From Ginglymostoma cirratum (taxonomy: Eukaryota), in contig JAHRHZ010000099.1 in assembly GCA_024137785.1 (NCBI GenBank), positions 2,092,494 to 2,156,493 of the forward strand: a stretch of 64,000 bases of DNA. Reading direction: 5' to 3'. This document shows, piece by piece, positions 11,562 through 26,600 of the stretch. Positions within the stretch are counted from its first letter, which is position 1, and each line of letters begins with the position of its first letter. The position numbers and the translations under genes are program-made. The notes beneath the pieces are model-generated. The model was not told where the DNA came from, did not search any database, and was given only the letters and a program-made list of their open reading frames with translations.

Positions 11562-14500
11562 AAGCGCACTGTTCACCGGGCCCAACATTTTCAGATTCCA
11601 GGGAAATGTTTGTATGTTGCGCTTTCTGCACCATTCGGCCGAATGTTCCCCACTTAACATTGTGCCGGTATGATAAATATTTCAGTTTTCACCATTTTAG
11701 GCCGGTTACTGTAATGTCTCAGCCAATTTAATTCCGGAGAAGTCCCGAGGCAAAGGTCGAGCTTACTTTGCTCAAAATCTATGCAAACTGGAGTTCAGGA
11801 TTGACTAGGAAGCCTTGCAGATGACATCTTGTTTGAGATTGATTAAAAGCGAGACTTTGAGAGGTTATGATTTAGCAATTAATGAAAAGAAAGCATTTTG
11901 TTTATCGCGAAACATAAAACAGAAGTTGCTGGAAGAGCTCAGCAGGTCTAGCAGCATCCGTGAAGAAAGAACGAGAGGTAACGTTTCCGGTCTGGTGACC
12001 CTTCTTCAGAACTCAAAACTTTCGGTTTTTATTTTGTTTTTCGCGACGGCTTGTGGAGGTTAAATGCAAGCCGCGACGTTTAGTCTCAATTCATCTAGAT
12101 ACTGGCAAATAAGCGGGTAATGCACCAGAAAGAGAACTAATAATCTCTCAGCACAGCAACAATTGAAAATCTTTGAAAAAAACAAGGGAATTATTCAGAT
12201 CGACGGTGGATGGGGCCTATTAATGTCCCAGAATGCGTTAAAAGACAGAACAGTTAGCATTCTGAAATGTACGTAGCAAACTTGGAAAATTATTGTAATT
12301 TTTCACTGTTATTTAATCTAGCAAAAGCTCGACTACTGAAATCAATTGTTTGCTCTTTTCCTAACATAGGGTCTGTTGAGAAATGCTAAATATCGGTCAT
12401 TTTGTAGCAGCAATATCATTGATAGAATGAAAATATTTTACAGTAGGTATTATAGCGTGAGAAATTATAGAAAATAGGTGCCTACACTGCGCATTTTTTT
12501 ATGTGTTCATGGGACCTGGACATCAACGGATAGGCCAGCATTTATTGTCCATCTCTGATTGTCCAAAGACCAGTTAAAGAGTTACATGTAGGTCAGATCA
12601 GCTAAGAACGGCGATTTCCTTTCCTAAAGGACATTAAAGAATCATATGGGTCTTAGGAAAATCGGTAATAGTTTCAAAAATAGAAATTGCTAGAAGAGCT
12701 CAGCGGGTCTGGCAGCATCTATAGAGAGAAAGCAAGATTAACGTTTCCAGTCGAGTGACCCTTCTTGAGAATGGCAATAGTAACATGGTTGTTATTGGCT
12801 AGCTTTCTTGTTGAATTCAAATTTCACCGTCTGCCCCATGTCCCCAAAATTAATCTGGGGTTCTGGATTACTAGCAGCAGTGACGTTACTATGACCACTT
12901 CACCTGCCTTGCATGCTTCTCTATACAAAGTAGCCACCACATTGTCAATTGTTCAGCGTAGCACAGAGCGAAGACAACACCTGCACCATTTCATTCTCTT
13001 TTTCTTCAAGTTATATTTTGATTAGATTTATTCAATTCGGTCTGCTCCACAGCCACACAGGTGGTGACTGACTGAAAGAGATTCAAAAACAGTGAGAAAT
13101 GCAGCTAAAGAACGCAGATATTATGAGTTTATGGCAGTTGAACATAGAATAAACATCACGACCGACTGGAATTAAAACCAAACAATGTGGTGACGGTGAA
13201 TTTGCAGTTGATCAATGTAAATTTTAGCGCTGAAGATAATGTTATCAGTTTGTCAGTTCATGTCGATAATCTGGACCATTGAAACTTGTCAATAAAGCCC
13301 TTGACTTTGTTCAGGCTTTAAATCAACTTACTGTCAGTAACACAAGAACATGAATATTAAACTCAACATTTGGCCGTCGAACGGTCCCTACCATTCAGCA
13401 AGATACTGGTCTGGATTTTGCCGTTCGTTGTAACTTCTATCAATTATATCGTTCGAGATACCGTAATGTATCAAGCCTTTCGTGTGCTGAATAAAGATTA
13501 CTTACTGCACAAATACGGTCATCCTGGAAGTTATTGATGGATATCAGCATTTAAGAAATATTTCATAACGGAATCTCGTTAGTACTAATTGCACAAACGC
13601 AAAACTTTTCAGAAATGTATAAACTACTTGCCAGATGTGGAAATGAACAGGCAGAAATTCGAACTAATTGTATCAGAAAAGAATAGATAGAAACCCACAA
13701 ATAATATGACGGCACAGCATTACATTCCATTCGCATTTATAGCATGGAACATAGAAAGAAAAGAATAGGCTATTCAACCCTGGAACCAGCTCTGCCATTT
13801 GATATCATGACTGTTAATGTCCGTACCTCTGAGCCAGGAGGCTTGAGTTCAAGTTCCACGTGCTCCAGAGGTGTGTTTTTAAATCTCCGAATAGTTTGAT
13901 TAGAAAACATCTGTCATGACTTATCATTTGCCTCAACACCATATTCCTCAATCGCGTCCATAGATAGAAATCTATCAATCTCTGCCTTAAACGTAATGAC
14001 CGAACTTCCACAGTCCTTTAGGGCAGAGAATTCCCAAGACTCACTGCCGTCTAAGTAGAGAATTTACTCCTTATTTCAGTTCTAAATATTTCCCCTTTCA
14101 TTCTGAAATTGTTCCCCCTGATTCTAGACACTACAGCCAGGGAAAGCATTCTTTCTGAATTTTGCACGTCACTATGGCGATGCCTCGAATTGTTCTGAAT
14201 TCCAAAGCAGACGGGCTCAGTGTCTCCTCATGCAACAGTCCACCATTCCAGAATCACCTTAATGAGACAGACCTGTGCACCCTCTATGTAAGGTTTATTC
14301 TTCCCGATATGTCAATTACAGTTGTAGCTCAGTCTACTAGTGGTAGTACATCAGAAAGTAGATTTAAAAATATACTTTAGAAAGTAACAAATCCTATTTT
14401 AAGATAAATTAGAATTAACATTACCAAAATGCTGCAATATTTAAAAATTGCGTGATCCCAGCTGATTTTAACACTGGGCATGTCGCATCCTGGTTTGATA

Positions 14501-17500
14501 GGCAAAAGCAAAATACTGCAGATGCTGGAAAAAGTGACATTAAAAAAAACAGAAAGTGGTGAAGAAACCCAACAGTTCTGCCTGCATCTACGGAGAAAAA
14601 AAAGTTAACATTTTGAGTCCAATCACTTCTTCAGAAATGCCAAGCGACGACTGACGTGATAGATCAGACGCTTAACTTTTGCAGTTGATTACTATGGTGG
14701 TTAGCCACTAGACCACATGTGCATGAGATTGTATATGTTCTTTAACAACAGAATATCAGTTATTACACAAAAGGAAAATAAAACAAAGCTATATTATGTA
14801 TAGATATATTCATAAGTCAGTAAGATCTTAGCACAAACAGCAAAACAGAATTTCAACATGTTTTTCAACACCATTTTTACAGATGATCAAATTCAAATAA
14901 ATATTACCCCTTTCCCAAATTATTAATTTTGACTTAACTGACTCCTTCCATGTGCTTTTCCTTAGACTATGGAGGTAGTTTTATAATTGCTTTCAGAGTC
15001 CGCTCTCCAGAAATTTTCACAATTCTAATGGCCTAAACTTCCTCATTTCTAACAACTTGAAAACATCAATACAAACTGTCCCAGTTTAGAAGCTCAATGA
15101 ACTCACAACATTTCAGTCAGTCTGACCAATTGCCCGAATGAAAAGAAAACCGATTACAATGTTAAAACTGTTCTTCCTCCAGATCTATACCGAGACAACT
15201 AAACTAATGGCCTGGGGTCTGTTATAAAACTTAGCAGTAAGTAAACATTCCATTTATTAACACTAAAAAATGTCCAGTCAGGCACTTGGCTGAAGTCACA
15301 TGCCTTCTTGGAAATGATTTGTTTAGCTCACTGCTGCAATATAACCTTTTAACCTTTTAAAATAATCATTACCTTCAGAGACCAGATCAAACTCCATTTA
15401 CATCTATTTTTAAATCCAAATTCCAAGTAATAAGTATAATACATATTTTATCACGCAATAGTATTTCATTCTAATCAACTCTGTTAATTTTGATCGTTTG
15501 GTTCTGAGTTAATTTCTGCAGGGAGTGATACATATTACATTTACAATGTCTGCCATGGCTCTCTGCTTCACTCCTCATTGGAGCAACAGATAGTGACTAT
15601 ACAACGTAAAACTTCAGAATATCATTCAATCAGAGTTGGCTGTTTGGAGATATAGCTGTGGTCAGACATTCATAAAAAATATAGCTTTTTTTATTAAAGA
15701 AAAGCTGCTCCGATAAATAACTTCTGATATTGTCAATAATTCTAAACGTAAACAATCCGGAGGTTGCATTTGACCAGAAACTTAACCAGACCAACCATAT
15801 AAAAGCGTTGGCTACAAGAATAGGACATATGTTGGGGATTCTGAGGTGAGTAAACCTCTTGACTGCCCCAAAGCCTGCTGAGCATTCACAAATACAAGTC
15901 AGAAGTGATGCACTTGTTGGAGGGTTTTTGGATTTGCACCCGGCAATTTCTTGGATGATGAATGTAAATCCACCAACATTCAGGAAGTTCAACGCCAGCA
16001 AACCATTTGCCACCTTTAAGATTCATTCCCACAGCCTTACAATCCCCTCTCCATACACAGCGACACTTGTGCTTACCACCTACAAAATGCACTGCAGCAA
16101 CTCACTAAGTCTCTTTTGACAGTCCTTTCTGAACCACGACCTTGACCACATGGAAGGACAAGGACAGCACACACACTACAGCACCATGACCTCCAAGTTC
16201 CTTTCGAAGGCACATATCTAAATCATTGTTCATTCACTGTCATTGTATGAAAACCCTAGAAAAGCCTCCCGAATTCCACTATAAACTGCCATAGTAGAAG
16301 AAGATCAAACATTATCACCTGCTAACAGGTTAAATAGAGGAGGACACAAATGCAGATCTTGCCAGCAACACTCATTCTCCGTGGGATAATAGAAAGTATA
16401 ATGATTCCATGAATTACAGTGAATAAGTGCAAACTTTAATAAAGCCTCCGCTGTGTATAAACAGAACAAAAGGCTGCCTCCTGAAACAAATTGCCTTAAA
16501 GAACTTCCGATGTGGACTGCACTTAAGACATTACACCAAAGAGTCAAAAATCACAGCACTATCAAGAAGCAATTTCAGCATCTTGAAACTTGGCTTTTAA
16601 AAATTTCATTTAGGGAACATCAGTAACCACTAATCATGCTACAGAGCTGTAGAAAATAGATTAAACAAATATTAAGGCAGGAAATGGAAACTGCTCAGAC
16701 AGAAATAAAAGTAAAAGTGACCTCAATGTTAGCAAAAAGGGATGAGAGCGAGACACAGATTATCAGTAGTGATAATGATGACAACAATTTCCATTTATTA
16801 AAAGATAGGAAGTCAACTCAAAATACCTGATAAATTCACAGCAGACACGATGAAACAAGCAAGAGTATTACGATTGTATAGTGTGTTGGTGAGGCAGAAC
16901 CTGAAGTACTGTGCACAATTTTGGTCACCAATATTTAATAAAAAATTCACTGCTATTAGAGACAATTCAAAAGGGATTTACTAGACTGATTTCTGGGGAG
17001 AAGGAGTTGATCATCAAAAACAACCAGAAGACGAAGCCTTTGTTTATTACAGTCAAGACGAATGTGAGTCATGGCATGGGAGCAAGAGAATCCATTGAAA
17101 TGTCAAACAACCCAAACTACAAGAAACTTTGATATAACCTCTTGCTGTCATGATAATTTTCCTTCCTCGGCCCATTGCGGTGCTTCAGAGAAGGTCAGCT
17201 CAAGCCAGAAGAACATTACCTCACTTTATGCCTACACATTTTAGCACCGAATATTGAGTGCATCAATTTCAGAACACGAATACTGTCCTCCATTCCTATT
17301 ATACCCCCACCCCCACTGTCTTGTTTGCACGCTTTCAGCAAAATCAACATACATTCAACCGTCCAAAGCTTATTAGTAAAACCCAACTTACACCTAGAGC
17401 ACTCTTTTATTACCATTTGAATTCTTATTATTTTTTGCTCTGGGCACCTGCACCAACTGCTCCACTCAACCCTCATCTCTCCTTTGTCAGTAGCATTAAA

Positions 17501-18202
17501 AAATCATTACTTTCTAGCCGGTTTAGTTCTGAAGCAGTGGAGCTTGAAAAATGAACTTTGTTTTTCTGTCCAAGCATAGCAAGGAAAGTGCAAATAGAAT
17601 TTTTAAAAAAGTGGAGATCTGAACGAAAACCCAGAAGTTTTGGCGAGATTCAGCACGTCCGGTTGCATCTATGGGCTCACTTTCCCGTGATGGCTCGATC
17701 TCCCATGAGCTGATCTCCTCCGCGCTGCGCTAACTCGCTGTGCACAGAAGATAAATAAATTAATGTAAGAAAAGCAAACAGTTAAAGAAGAAAAGGTAAA
17801 GGCGAACGAAGCAGATGAGCTCTGGGCAGGAGTCATCACGCTGCGCTGCTACTCTGCCGCCATCAAGTCTGCTCTGCCATTCAATCATGGCTGATATGTT
17901 TCTCAGTTCTATTTTCTGCGTTGTCACCTTAACCTTTGATCGCCTTACTGAAAAGGAACCTACTTGTCTCCATCTTAAATACGTTCAATGAGTTGGCCCG
18001 TAACTTCTGCAGCAATGAGTTCCACAGATTCACCACCCTCTGACTGAAGGAATTCCAGCTCACTTCCGTTCTAAAGAGTTGTCCCTTCACTCTGAGGCTG
18101 TTAGTCTCTCCTGTTAGTGGAAACATCACTCTATCCAGGCTTCTTAGTGTTCTGTAGGTTTCAATCAGAACCACTCTCATCCTTCAAAACTTCATCAAGT
18201 GC

Positions 18203-18416
18203 AGAATAAAAACCGAAAGAACGGCGGATGCTATAAGTTAGGAACAAAAACAAAGTCGCTGGAAAATCTCAGCAGGTCTGGCAGCATCTGTGGAGGAAAA
18301 AAACAGAGTTAAACATTAGTTCTGAGGAAGGGTCGCCGGACCCTCAACGTTAACTCTTTTTTTCCTTCACAGATGCTGCCAGACCTGCTGGGCTTTTCCA
18401 GCAACTTTGTTTTTGT
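18203..18416. mobile_element. Family B fold-back element (other copies ~11915-12014, 12680-12768, 23440-23540, 36148-36290, 45300-45395, 57310-57440)
   Basis: Inverted arms around agtt-CTGAGGA-AGGGTC....GACCC-..ACGTT-aact. Confidence 0.75.
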
Positions 18417-20279
18417 TCATCAAATCGAGACTGGTGTCTGCACTCAACCCTTCCTCATATGGCAGAATCTTCATATCTTCATCCCCAGGATCATTCTTGT
18501 CAGCCTCCTCTGGACTCTCCAATACGCCAGCACATCCGTCCTTAGATACCGGCCTAAAAGAGCTCACAATGTTCCCAATGTGGTTTGACCAGAGCTTTAT
18601 ATGACCACAGCAGTACTTTTTGGCTCTTGTATTCTAGCCCTCTTGAAATGATTACTTATGTTGCATTTGCCTGCTTAACTGCAAGGGAACCTGCATGCTA
18701 ACCTTAAGGGAATCTGAACTAGGATCCTTAACTTCCTTTGCGCTTTATATTTCTTCTCTGTTTCAATTCCTCCGGCCAAAGTGCTTTCCCACATTGCAAC
18801 ATCTGCCACTTCTTTTCCTCACTCTTTTAGACTGTCCAAGACTTCTGCAGCCTCCCTGCTCTCTCAACACGACCAACCTGTTCAATCAGAACTAAAAGGA
18901 ATCGAATCAACACCTATAGTCTGTAGTAGTGTCAGAACTGCGCTTCTCTGACTTTTTCCATTCCCTACCCATATTTGTCTTGTCTCTTTGTATGTCTACT
19001 TGTATGTGTGTCGGATTTTTTAAAAAAAGATAGAGTTTAAGTTAAAATATTATATGCCAGCAAATCATGCTTCGTTTTGCCATTGCTTGAACAATGTATT
19101 TGCAATTAATTGTGGCTAACTTGTCATTGGAAAACAACAGTATGCATATTCTTTTGGTTCAAATTAGGCAGTTAGTTGTCATTGGGCATTTTAATGGTGC
19201 AGACATTTATTATGATTCCAGGAATAGTGGGATTTGATTTCCAATGAATTACCTTACTGAGTCATGACAATACAAGATCAGGTCAGAGTTAGGAATCCTG
19301 CAGGAGTAACTTACCTCCTGCCTCCCCAAAGCAGCCTGCTTAATTTGCATCACATTCACAGATTCAAATCCTTCCCCAGTAATGCTCAGTAGTAGCAGTG
19401 TGCACCATCAACAAGATGCACTGCAGAAATTCACGAAGTCTCTACAGACAGAACCTTCCAAAGCCCATGACAACTAACATCTAAAAACAAGGGCAACGGT
19501 ATATGGGGAAACCGCCATCTGTAAATTCTCCTTCAAGCCACTCATCATCCTGTTTTGGAAATACATCATCGTCATCACCAGACTATAGGCCCGGTTTGTG
19601 AGAGTGGGACAAGTATAAGTAGTACTGTACTTTTGGTGGTACAGACTCGATGGGCGGAAGGGCATCTACCATAGTGTATGATTGTTTGATTCTGTGTCCT
19701 TCAGTGTTACTGGCTCAGAATCCTGGAACTGTATGTCTAACAGCATTGCGGGTCTCCCGGCAGCAAATGGACTGTAATGATCAAGAAGTCAGTTTTTCAC
19801 CAGCAAGTAAAGCTCATGTTCCTTGAATAAATAAAAGAAAATAGATATAAACAGGCATTTGATGATCCTGAGTTTGAGTATTGTTGGAAAAATAGCATAC
19901 TGAAAGCTACATACAATAATACATAGAGCCTTGATCTTTGTAGATGAAAAAAACATGTAGACATATTTTACATCCAAACAAAATGAGTGGTAGCTTCACT
20001 AGATCTGGTAATCAAGAAATCCAGGCTAATGATCATGGGACACTAAGATTTTGTTAAAGTCTTTTGTCCTGCATTCATCAGAACAATTCAAACGAAATAC
20101 CAATAAAGTGAAAACCAATATATATGCCAAAGAAAGAAGGGGCTGATTTGTTGGTAAGTTGACACTAACCAATAGAGGTGTTTCCATGGAGATTGCAGTA
20201 GCTACAGCTTGACAATTAACTGCCTAGAACAGTTTGTGCATTTCTTTAAAAAAAAACGCACACTTCATATAATCCCTCC

Positions 20280-20597
20280 AGTGTGGAAACAGGCCATTCA
20301 GTCCAACAAGTCCACACCAACTCTCTGAAGAGAATGCCATCGAGACTCACGCCCCCTAACCTCTCCCTGTAATTCCCACAGCTAATTCACCTAATCTGCA
20401 CGTCATTGGACACTATGGGCAATTTAGCATGGCTAAAACATCTAACCTGCACAACTTTAGACTGCGGGAGGGAACCCTCACAGACATAAGAAGAATGCGC
20501 ACAATCCACACACACAATCAACCGAGGCTGGAACTGAAGCCTGGTCCTTGGTGCTGTGAAGTGGAAATATTAACCACTGTGCCACTGTGCTGCCCCA
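20280..20597 (-). mobile_element. HE1-like V-SINE
   Basis: Reverse complement begins ggggcagcacagtggcacagtggtt; similar to 32165-32475. Confidence 0.75.
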
Positions 20598-23500
20598 AGA
20601 TGTGCGCACATTTCGTCAACAACACGTATTTGTAAACGTCTTCAAAGATACAAAATTACTAAATCTTAAAATAAAACAGAAAATCTAAAAATTGCATACA
20701 ATGTTGAATATTTTGTTGCGATAAAACAGGCTAAATTTGTGTACACGTTCTTTCTGTCAGCAAGAACAGTGCCCTGTGTATTACTATGTGTAGCTTTGAG
20801 AGCATACAAGTGTACTACATTGCAAACCCTAATGACAACCCTAACTTGGTCATCGGTGCAATTCTTTGCACTCTAATGAGTATTCAGAAAATGCCCAATT
20901 GCAGAATCACGTCTAATGTTAAACAAGGTGTTTCAAGTACTGTAAACATAGTTTGATTGGGTAATCAGTATTTTGCTTATTGCAAGAATCCAAAGAGATA
21001 TGCTATTTGGTATGGTTGAATAGTTTGGGACTTATGGCCTACATTTTCTTCTTTTGCAATCCCTCAAGTTCAAGGATGATTTGCTTCCACTTGTGGAGTT
21101 GGGTAGTAGAGAGAAGTAGGTTCTGCAGTGGCTGAAAGTCCAATCCTGCAGCAATAGGCTCTGCCATAGGTGGGGCAGGTGGTGTTTGAAGCAGGTAAGT
21201 GGATCATTTTGGATTCTGTGCACTCTTGCCGTTGCTTGTGTTTGGTCTACACATCCTCGGTGATGCTCAAAAGTCGTTGGTGCCTTTCTGAATGCTTCTT
21301 CTCCAATTTGTGCGTTCTAGAGCAAGCGATTCTCATGTGCCAGGGAAAATGTTGTGTTTGTTTAAGGAGGCTTTCAGGGTGTCCTTGTAGCATGTCCTCT
21401 TCTCTTCTAGTGATCGCTTACCATTCTGGAGCTCAGGGCAGAGCAATTTTTGAGGGAGTCTTATGCCAGGCATGCGGACAGCATGGCCTGTCCAATATTG
21501 GTTTAGGGAAAGACACTCCTACTGGTATGCCTATCCTGCCATTAGATTTGTAGAATTTCAAAGACGTACTTGCTTTCACACTGGCAAAAAGACTTTCTGC
21601 CTTTCACACACGTGAATGGCACGTGAATTTCGGCGCCTGAGCTAAGAGTTTTGAGAGCCAGATTTTGCATGCGTCGGTAAATATTCTCCAGACAACTGAG
21701 GACAATGGTCCAGATCAGCTGGGCTTTAGATGAATCTCAAAGTCAAAATAATTAGTCAAGGACTTCTGTCCTGAGTAAATTGTTTCAAGGAAAGAAGACA
21801 TTTCCCGTCCAAGATCTAGTTTCTGAATCGACTTTGGTGTCGCTCTTGTGCTTCTGATGGGTAACGTTTGGTTTGATAACTTCTTTAAAAAAATTTTAGA
21901 TGAGTTTCTTCGTCGATTACATGTAATAAAATCAGATACTCGGAGCGCTTGTCTTACGTCATGCTATAGCTAAGTTGACCTGGGCAATTTTAAAATGTAG
22001 AGTTGAAATGATTAATTTGAAACTTTTAATTCGGTGAGTTCTATCAAATTGAACTAATTTAAATCACATTAATTCGCCTTTAATCATTATAACTCAATTT
22101 TCTGCATTGTTCCTTATGACACCCTACTGAGGCGTCAGCAGGAAAAATGCGCCCTAAAGGTGTGAACAACTTCTTTCTATATGGTACTTTGGAGAATGAA
22201 GTGTTCAGAAGATAATTTACCTGGATGTTAATAAAAAAGGTCACCTCAGCCGTGAAACAGTGGCAGAAGGTAAGCTGAGCAACTGTCTTTTAGAATAAAG
22301 ATCCAACATGGCGATGTGTTTACGCACACACTGTTCCAAATATCCAAAAGCTTCCACATTTTCTCAACCCAAGCTTCGATTCCTGATCCCCAATTCTCTC
22401 TTATAAGGGTTAGCCTAGCCTCAGGAGTGGTTTTTCTCAGAATGTCTGGTCAGATATCCACCGCTAACGATGATGCTCCATTTGTCCAGCTGTACTTTCA
22501 AGATGGTTTAACATATTCTAAAACAAACGCACATTTTGCCAAAGTGACCGACGATTTTTGCTATTGGACAGCGCAGACTACAGGTTTAGAATCTCATAGA
22601 TAAAATGAATACAAGTGGCGTACATACGATGCTACCCATGGTAGTTTGCAGACTTAAAACAGATCTTTGTTATTCATCTTTCAGATTTATACAAATTAGC
22701 TGAACTAAGATTGTAAAATAAAGTAACCCGCTGAAAACATTTAGTCTGGCAGCATCTGCACTGGAGGAAATATCGTTAAGAGGATTGTTTTTAGGATCTC
22801 TCCTATCAATCTGCGTATTTGAAGGGGGTTCGTAAAATAATGCATTGGGCCATTCTGATGCTTTTCCTCCTACCCCAGTATCCTGTATTGCAGTGGGTGG
22901 GGATGGCATCAGGAAGTCTTACAATTAAGATCTACTGAGGTCCATTCGTCACTAATTAATGTCCGTTATAAGTTTGTGTTCCGCCTCCGGCGCCTTTTTG
23001 CATGAAGCAAGTGGAGGCGAGGCCAGGCGGACAGATAGTGCGGGCCAAGGGGAAGCAGCTACTTGAGGGACTTGCCTTTAATAATTAAAATTACAGCAAT
23101 CCACACCTCGGCACTCAACATTGACCATCAAAACACAGGCTCGCGGGACTTTTAAATGGCCGCACTTCGATCTCTGAGTCCTGGCTCCTACACTTATCTT
23201 TCTGAGGGGCTGCCTGTCGTCCCAAGACTGGCCACCGCTGGATCTTTGCGTCCCTGAGTTATAGGACTGCGGAGATCAGGCGCCTTCACTCTAGGGCGGG
23301 ACTTCCTTCCAAAAGGGGGCTGCATCTGAATAAATTGAGATGGCTCAGGGCGACTTCCTGGAAAATTCAGCCCCGACCTTTCGCCTGAACACTAAGCCCT
23401 CCACAACCAAACTGGGCGTACGGTGATCCCGCTCAGCTCTGATCTGATGAAGAGTCACCGGACTTGAAGCGTTAACTCTGCTTTCTCGCCACAGATACTG

Positions 23501-24019
23501 CCAGATCTGCTGAGTTTCTCCAGCAATTTCTTTCTTTGTCCCTCTCATCAGCTGACTCTGTATCCCTGTTACTCATCAGCCGATTCCAGATCCATTGTTC
23601 AAGATCTTGATGTGCGTGTGCGCGTGCTTGTGTATAATTTTTTTTCAATGGATTTTGTTTTAAAAATTACTGCTAGATTTTGCCTTGTAGTATCACTACT
23701 TCTCAAAGCATGCACTCCAAATGCAATCTGTTCGTGCCAATTGATCTGGGTCCCTCGGTTAAGACATATACACCTTACACTTGAATTGATTGTAATTCAG
23801 TCAATATATAAGCGAAATTTAGCCAAATTAACTTTTGACAAGTTACATCGTTACCAAATGATCTCTCAATCAAATTAATTTTTACCTAAAACCTTATATA
23901 ATTTTGTAAAATAGTACAAGACATGGAACTTCGTAATTTTGACACGAAAAATTGACATGTGTTCGAAGATAAGTAAAACAAGAAAATGAGAGCATCGACT
24001 GAGACAGTGGGAGAATGAT

Positions 24020-24025
24020 TTTATT
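24020..24025 (-). terminator. Polyadenylation signal of the IgL gene
   Basis: AATAAA on -, ~175 nt after the stop; the homologous position is conserved in the pseudogene copy (59201-59206). Confidence 0.7.
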
Positions 24026-24199
24026 ATACTCAATGATAGAGGTGAGACGATTACAGAGTCACGCCCAGTGGAATCAAACAAACAAATTGACTACACATTG
24101 TGGTAATTTCCAAAACAGCAATTAAAATTTTAAAAAAACCCTCCAACCTTTAAGCTCGAATACTGTTCAACTGAAGTCTACTCATGGCACAATAGATGT

Positions 24200-24540
24200 T
24201 TACGTACGATTCTCGCACCACACACAACTGGACCTTTTGACACTAGATTTAAACGGGGTTGCCTGAGTCTCGTGTTTAACCGCACAGGAGTAAAGCTCGT
24301 GTGAGTTCCACTCTGAGGCTGACAGGGTCAGAAAACTGCTCACACTGAACGTGTTGTCCTTCTCCTGCTGGATCCGACTGGTCTCAACAGCATCCCCCCT
24401 GCCACTGCCGTCTACCGTCCACTCAATCTCCACAGCGCCCGGGATAAAACCGCTGACCAAACACACCAGGGTCGCTTTGTTCTTTTCTGTAATTTGAACC
24501 GATGAAGGCGGAAGGAGGGAGACAGAAGGAGGCCGCGGAT
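24200..24540 (-). CDS. IGL: Ig lambda (type II) constant exon
   Basis: Acceptor cttccAG at 24541-42; DPRPPSVSLLPPS...ATLVCLVSGF..EWTVDG...YSCAVKHE...RSSCVWCENRT*. Phase-1 splice keeps frame with VJ. Confidence 0.93.
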
Positions 24541-25719
24541 CTGGAAGGGAAGTTGGAAACAACGTGTAAGTATCGATTGCGAGTTAGGTTTACACAGTCA
24601 AAATCAATTATTTGTATTTTCAACGACTTTACTATCTGATTGTCCAAGTCATGTGCTGTATAATGAGAGGTTGTTCATTAATTAATCACAGGTCGTTGGC
24701 TCAGGAAGACTATGCAAAGAATCGAAGAAAATCAGACAGCAATTATAAAAAAAATACACCAACGGAACGTTTATTTATCCGTATTTGATTAAGTCCTGAA
24801 AATCACCACGTTGCTTTCTCACAATTTTGTGCAGCGCAAAATAGCTGCGACCACTTCAATGTAATTATAGCACTGACCAACTGCAGTAGGGTTTGGTAAA
24901 TGATTACGTACAATTTACAACAGAGCAACATACCATTGTCTCCAACTGGACCCTGCTGACATTTACCCTCCACCAAGTCGCTTCTCATTCTCCTTCATCT
25001 GGTTCTTTCCGCAAATCACTCTATCTCCTCCCCGCTCCTGCATTTGTGCAAAGTCTCAAAAAAGGCATCTTCGCTGTCCTCAACTACTTCATGTGATAGT
25101 GACAAATTGTAAATTCTCGTCACTGTCTGTATGGGTACCTTTCAATTTCATTTTTCATTCTGTATATCAGTATATACGTAATATTTATAAACTGTGTATC
25201 AGAGCTAGGACGAAAGTGGAAAATATATTTTCGCGGTCTAATAAAAGTACCGCTTGTGACTTTGATCTCCTGAAGGATATTTTCACCGACAAAAATATAT
25301 TAGCACTAACAAATATATATAGGGCTAATAATTAAAATACTCATTCCGCAGTAGTATTCATATGAAATGAATCTGCGTGGAAGATATCATCTGATTGACT
25401 GTCAGCTCCTCACAGGATCAGTCGCTCATGTCTGTTCCAAGGACATAGACGTATACAGAAAAAGGGAAGGAAGGGTCAGGCTACTCTTTGCTGCCTGCAG
25501 TCTCCCCACTGTAATCTTCTTGGTAAACAGAAATATGAACAACATGCAGCCAGTTGTAGGAAATTTTTGCCTGAGCTTAGAATTGTTCAGAACGTTCTTT
25601 TGATCGAATTCAGCTAATCACTGTCCAGCCTTTAAATGCCGGCTTCTTTTGAAACACACAGTGCCGCCCAAAACAGGAATCACCGTCGCCACTTATACAG
25701 TCTTTGGCAATGAATGCCT

Positions 25720-26600
25720 CAAAAGTTGCAGATGACACAAAGCTGCGTGGAAGGGCGAGCTGTGAGGAGGATACAGCGAGCGGGCAAATGCATGACACAT
25801 GCACTACGATGTGGATGAATGTGAGGTTATCCACGTTGGTAGCAAAAGTAGGAAGGCAGATTATTATTGGAACGGCCGTAAACTGAGAGAGGGGAATGTT
25901 CATGGAGAATTTGATGTTCTCATGCACAGGCGGCTGAAAGCAAATGCACACGTGTAATAAGCAGTAAAGAAAACAAACTGTATGTTGAACTTCTTAGCAA
26001 GAGGATTCGAGTACAGGAAGGATGTCTTGCTGCAAATATGCTGGGTATTGGTGAAGTCACGCCTGGAGTCTTGCGTGCAATTTTGACCATCTTATCTGAG
26101 GAAGGATGTTCTTGCAGTCGAGGAAATGCAGCAAAGGTTTATCAAATTGATTCTTAGGATGGTAGGACTTATGCATGAGGAGAGATTGAGTCAGTTAGGA
26201 TTTGATTCACTGGAGTCTAGAAGAATGAGGGGGCATCAAATAGAAACCTTAAACATTCTAACAGGACTAGGCAGGTTAGATCATCCAATGATGGGGAGTC
26301 CAGAACCAGGGTTCATAATTTAAGGATAAGGGGTAAACCTTTTGGGACTGAGATAAAGGGAAATATCTTCACGCAGACAGTGGCGAACCTGTGGAATTCA
26401 TTACCGCAGAAGGTGGCTAAGGCCAAAACAGTACATGTTTCCAAAAAGGTAGATATAGATCTTGTGTGTGGGGGGATAAACAGGCATGGGGACACCAGGA
26501 TTTAGGTATTGAGCTTGATGATCAGCTATGACCATAACGAATGGCAGAGTTGGCTCGAGGGGTAGCATGCCTATTCCAATCTTCTAGTTTCCATGTTTAC
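25720..26600 (+). mobile_element. Degenerate CR1 3' fragment in the IgL J-C intron
   Basis: SKVADDTKL, QQRFIKLI..GL..EERL remnants and CR1-type 3' end. Confidence 0.8.

Noticed and set aside
14447-15459. 10-bp inverted termini ATTGCGTGAT...ATCACGCAAT, possible old solo LTR
   Set aside because: No TSD and no second copy to confirm boundaries.
19343-19350. Perfect octamer ATTTGCAT
   Set aside because: Isolated, inside LINE-like debris, no leader or V nearby; expected by chance.
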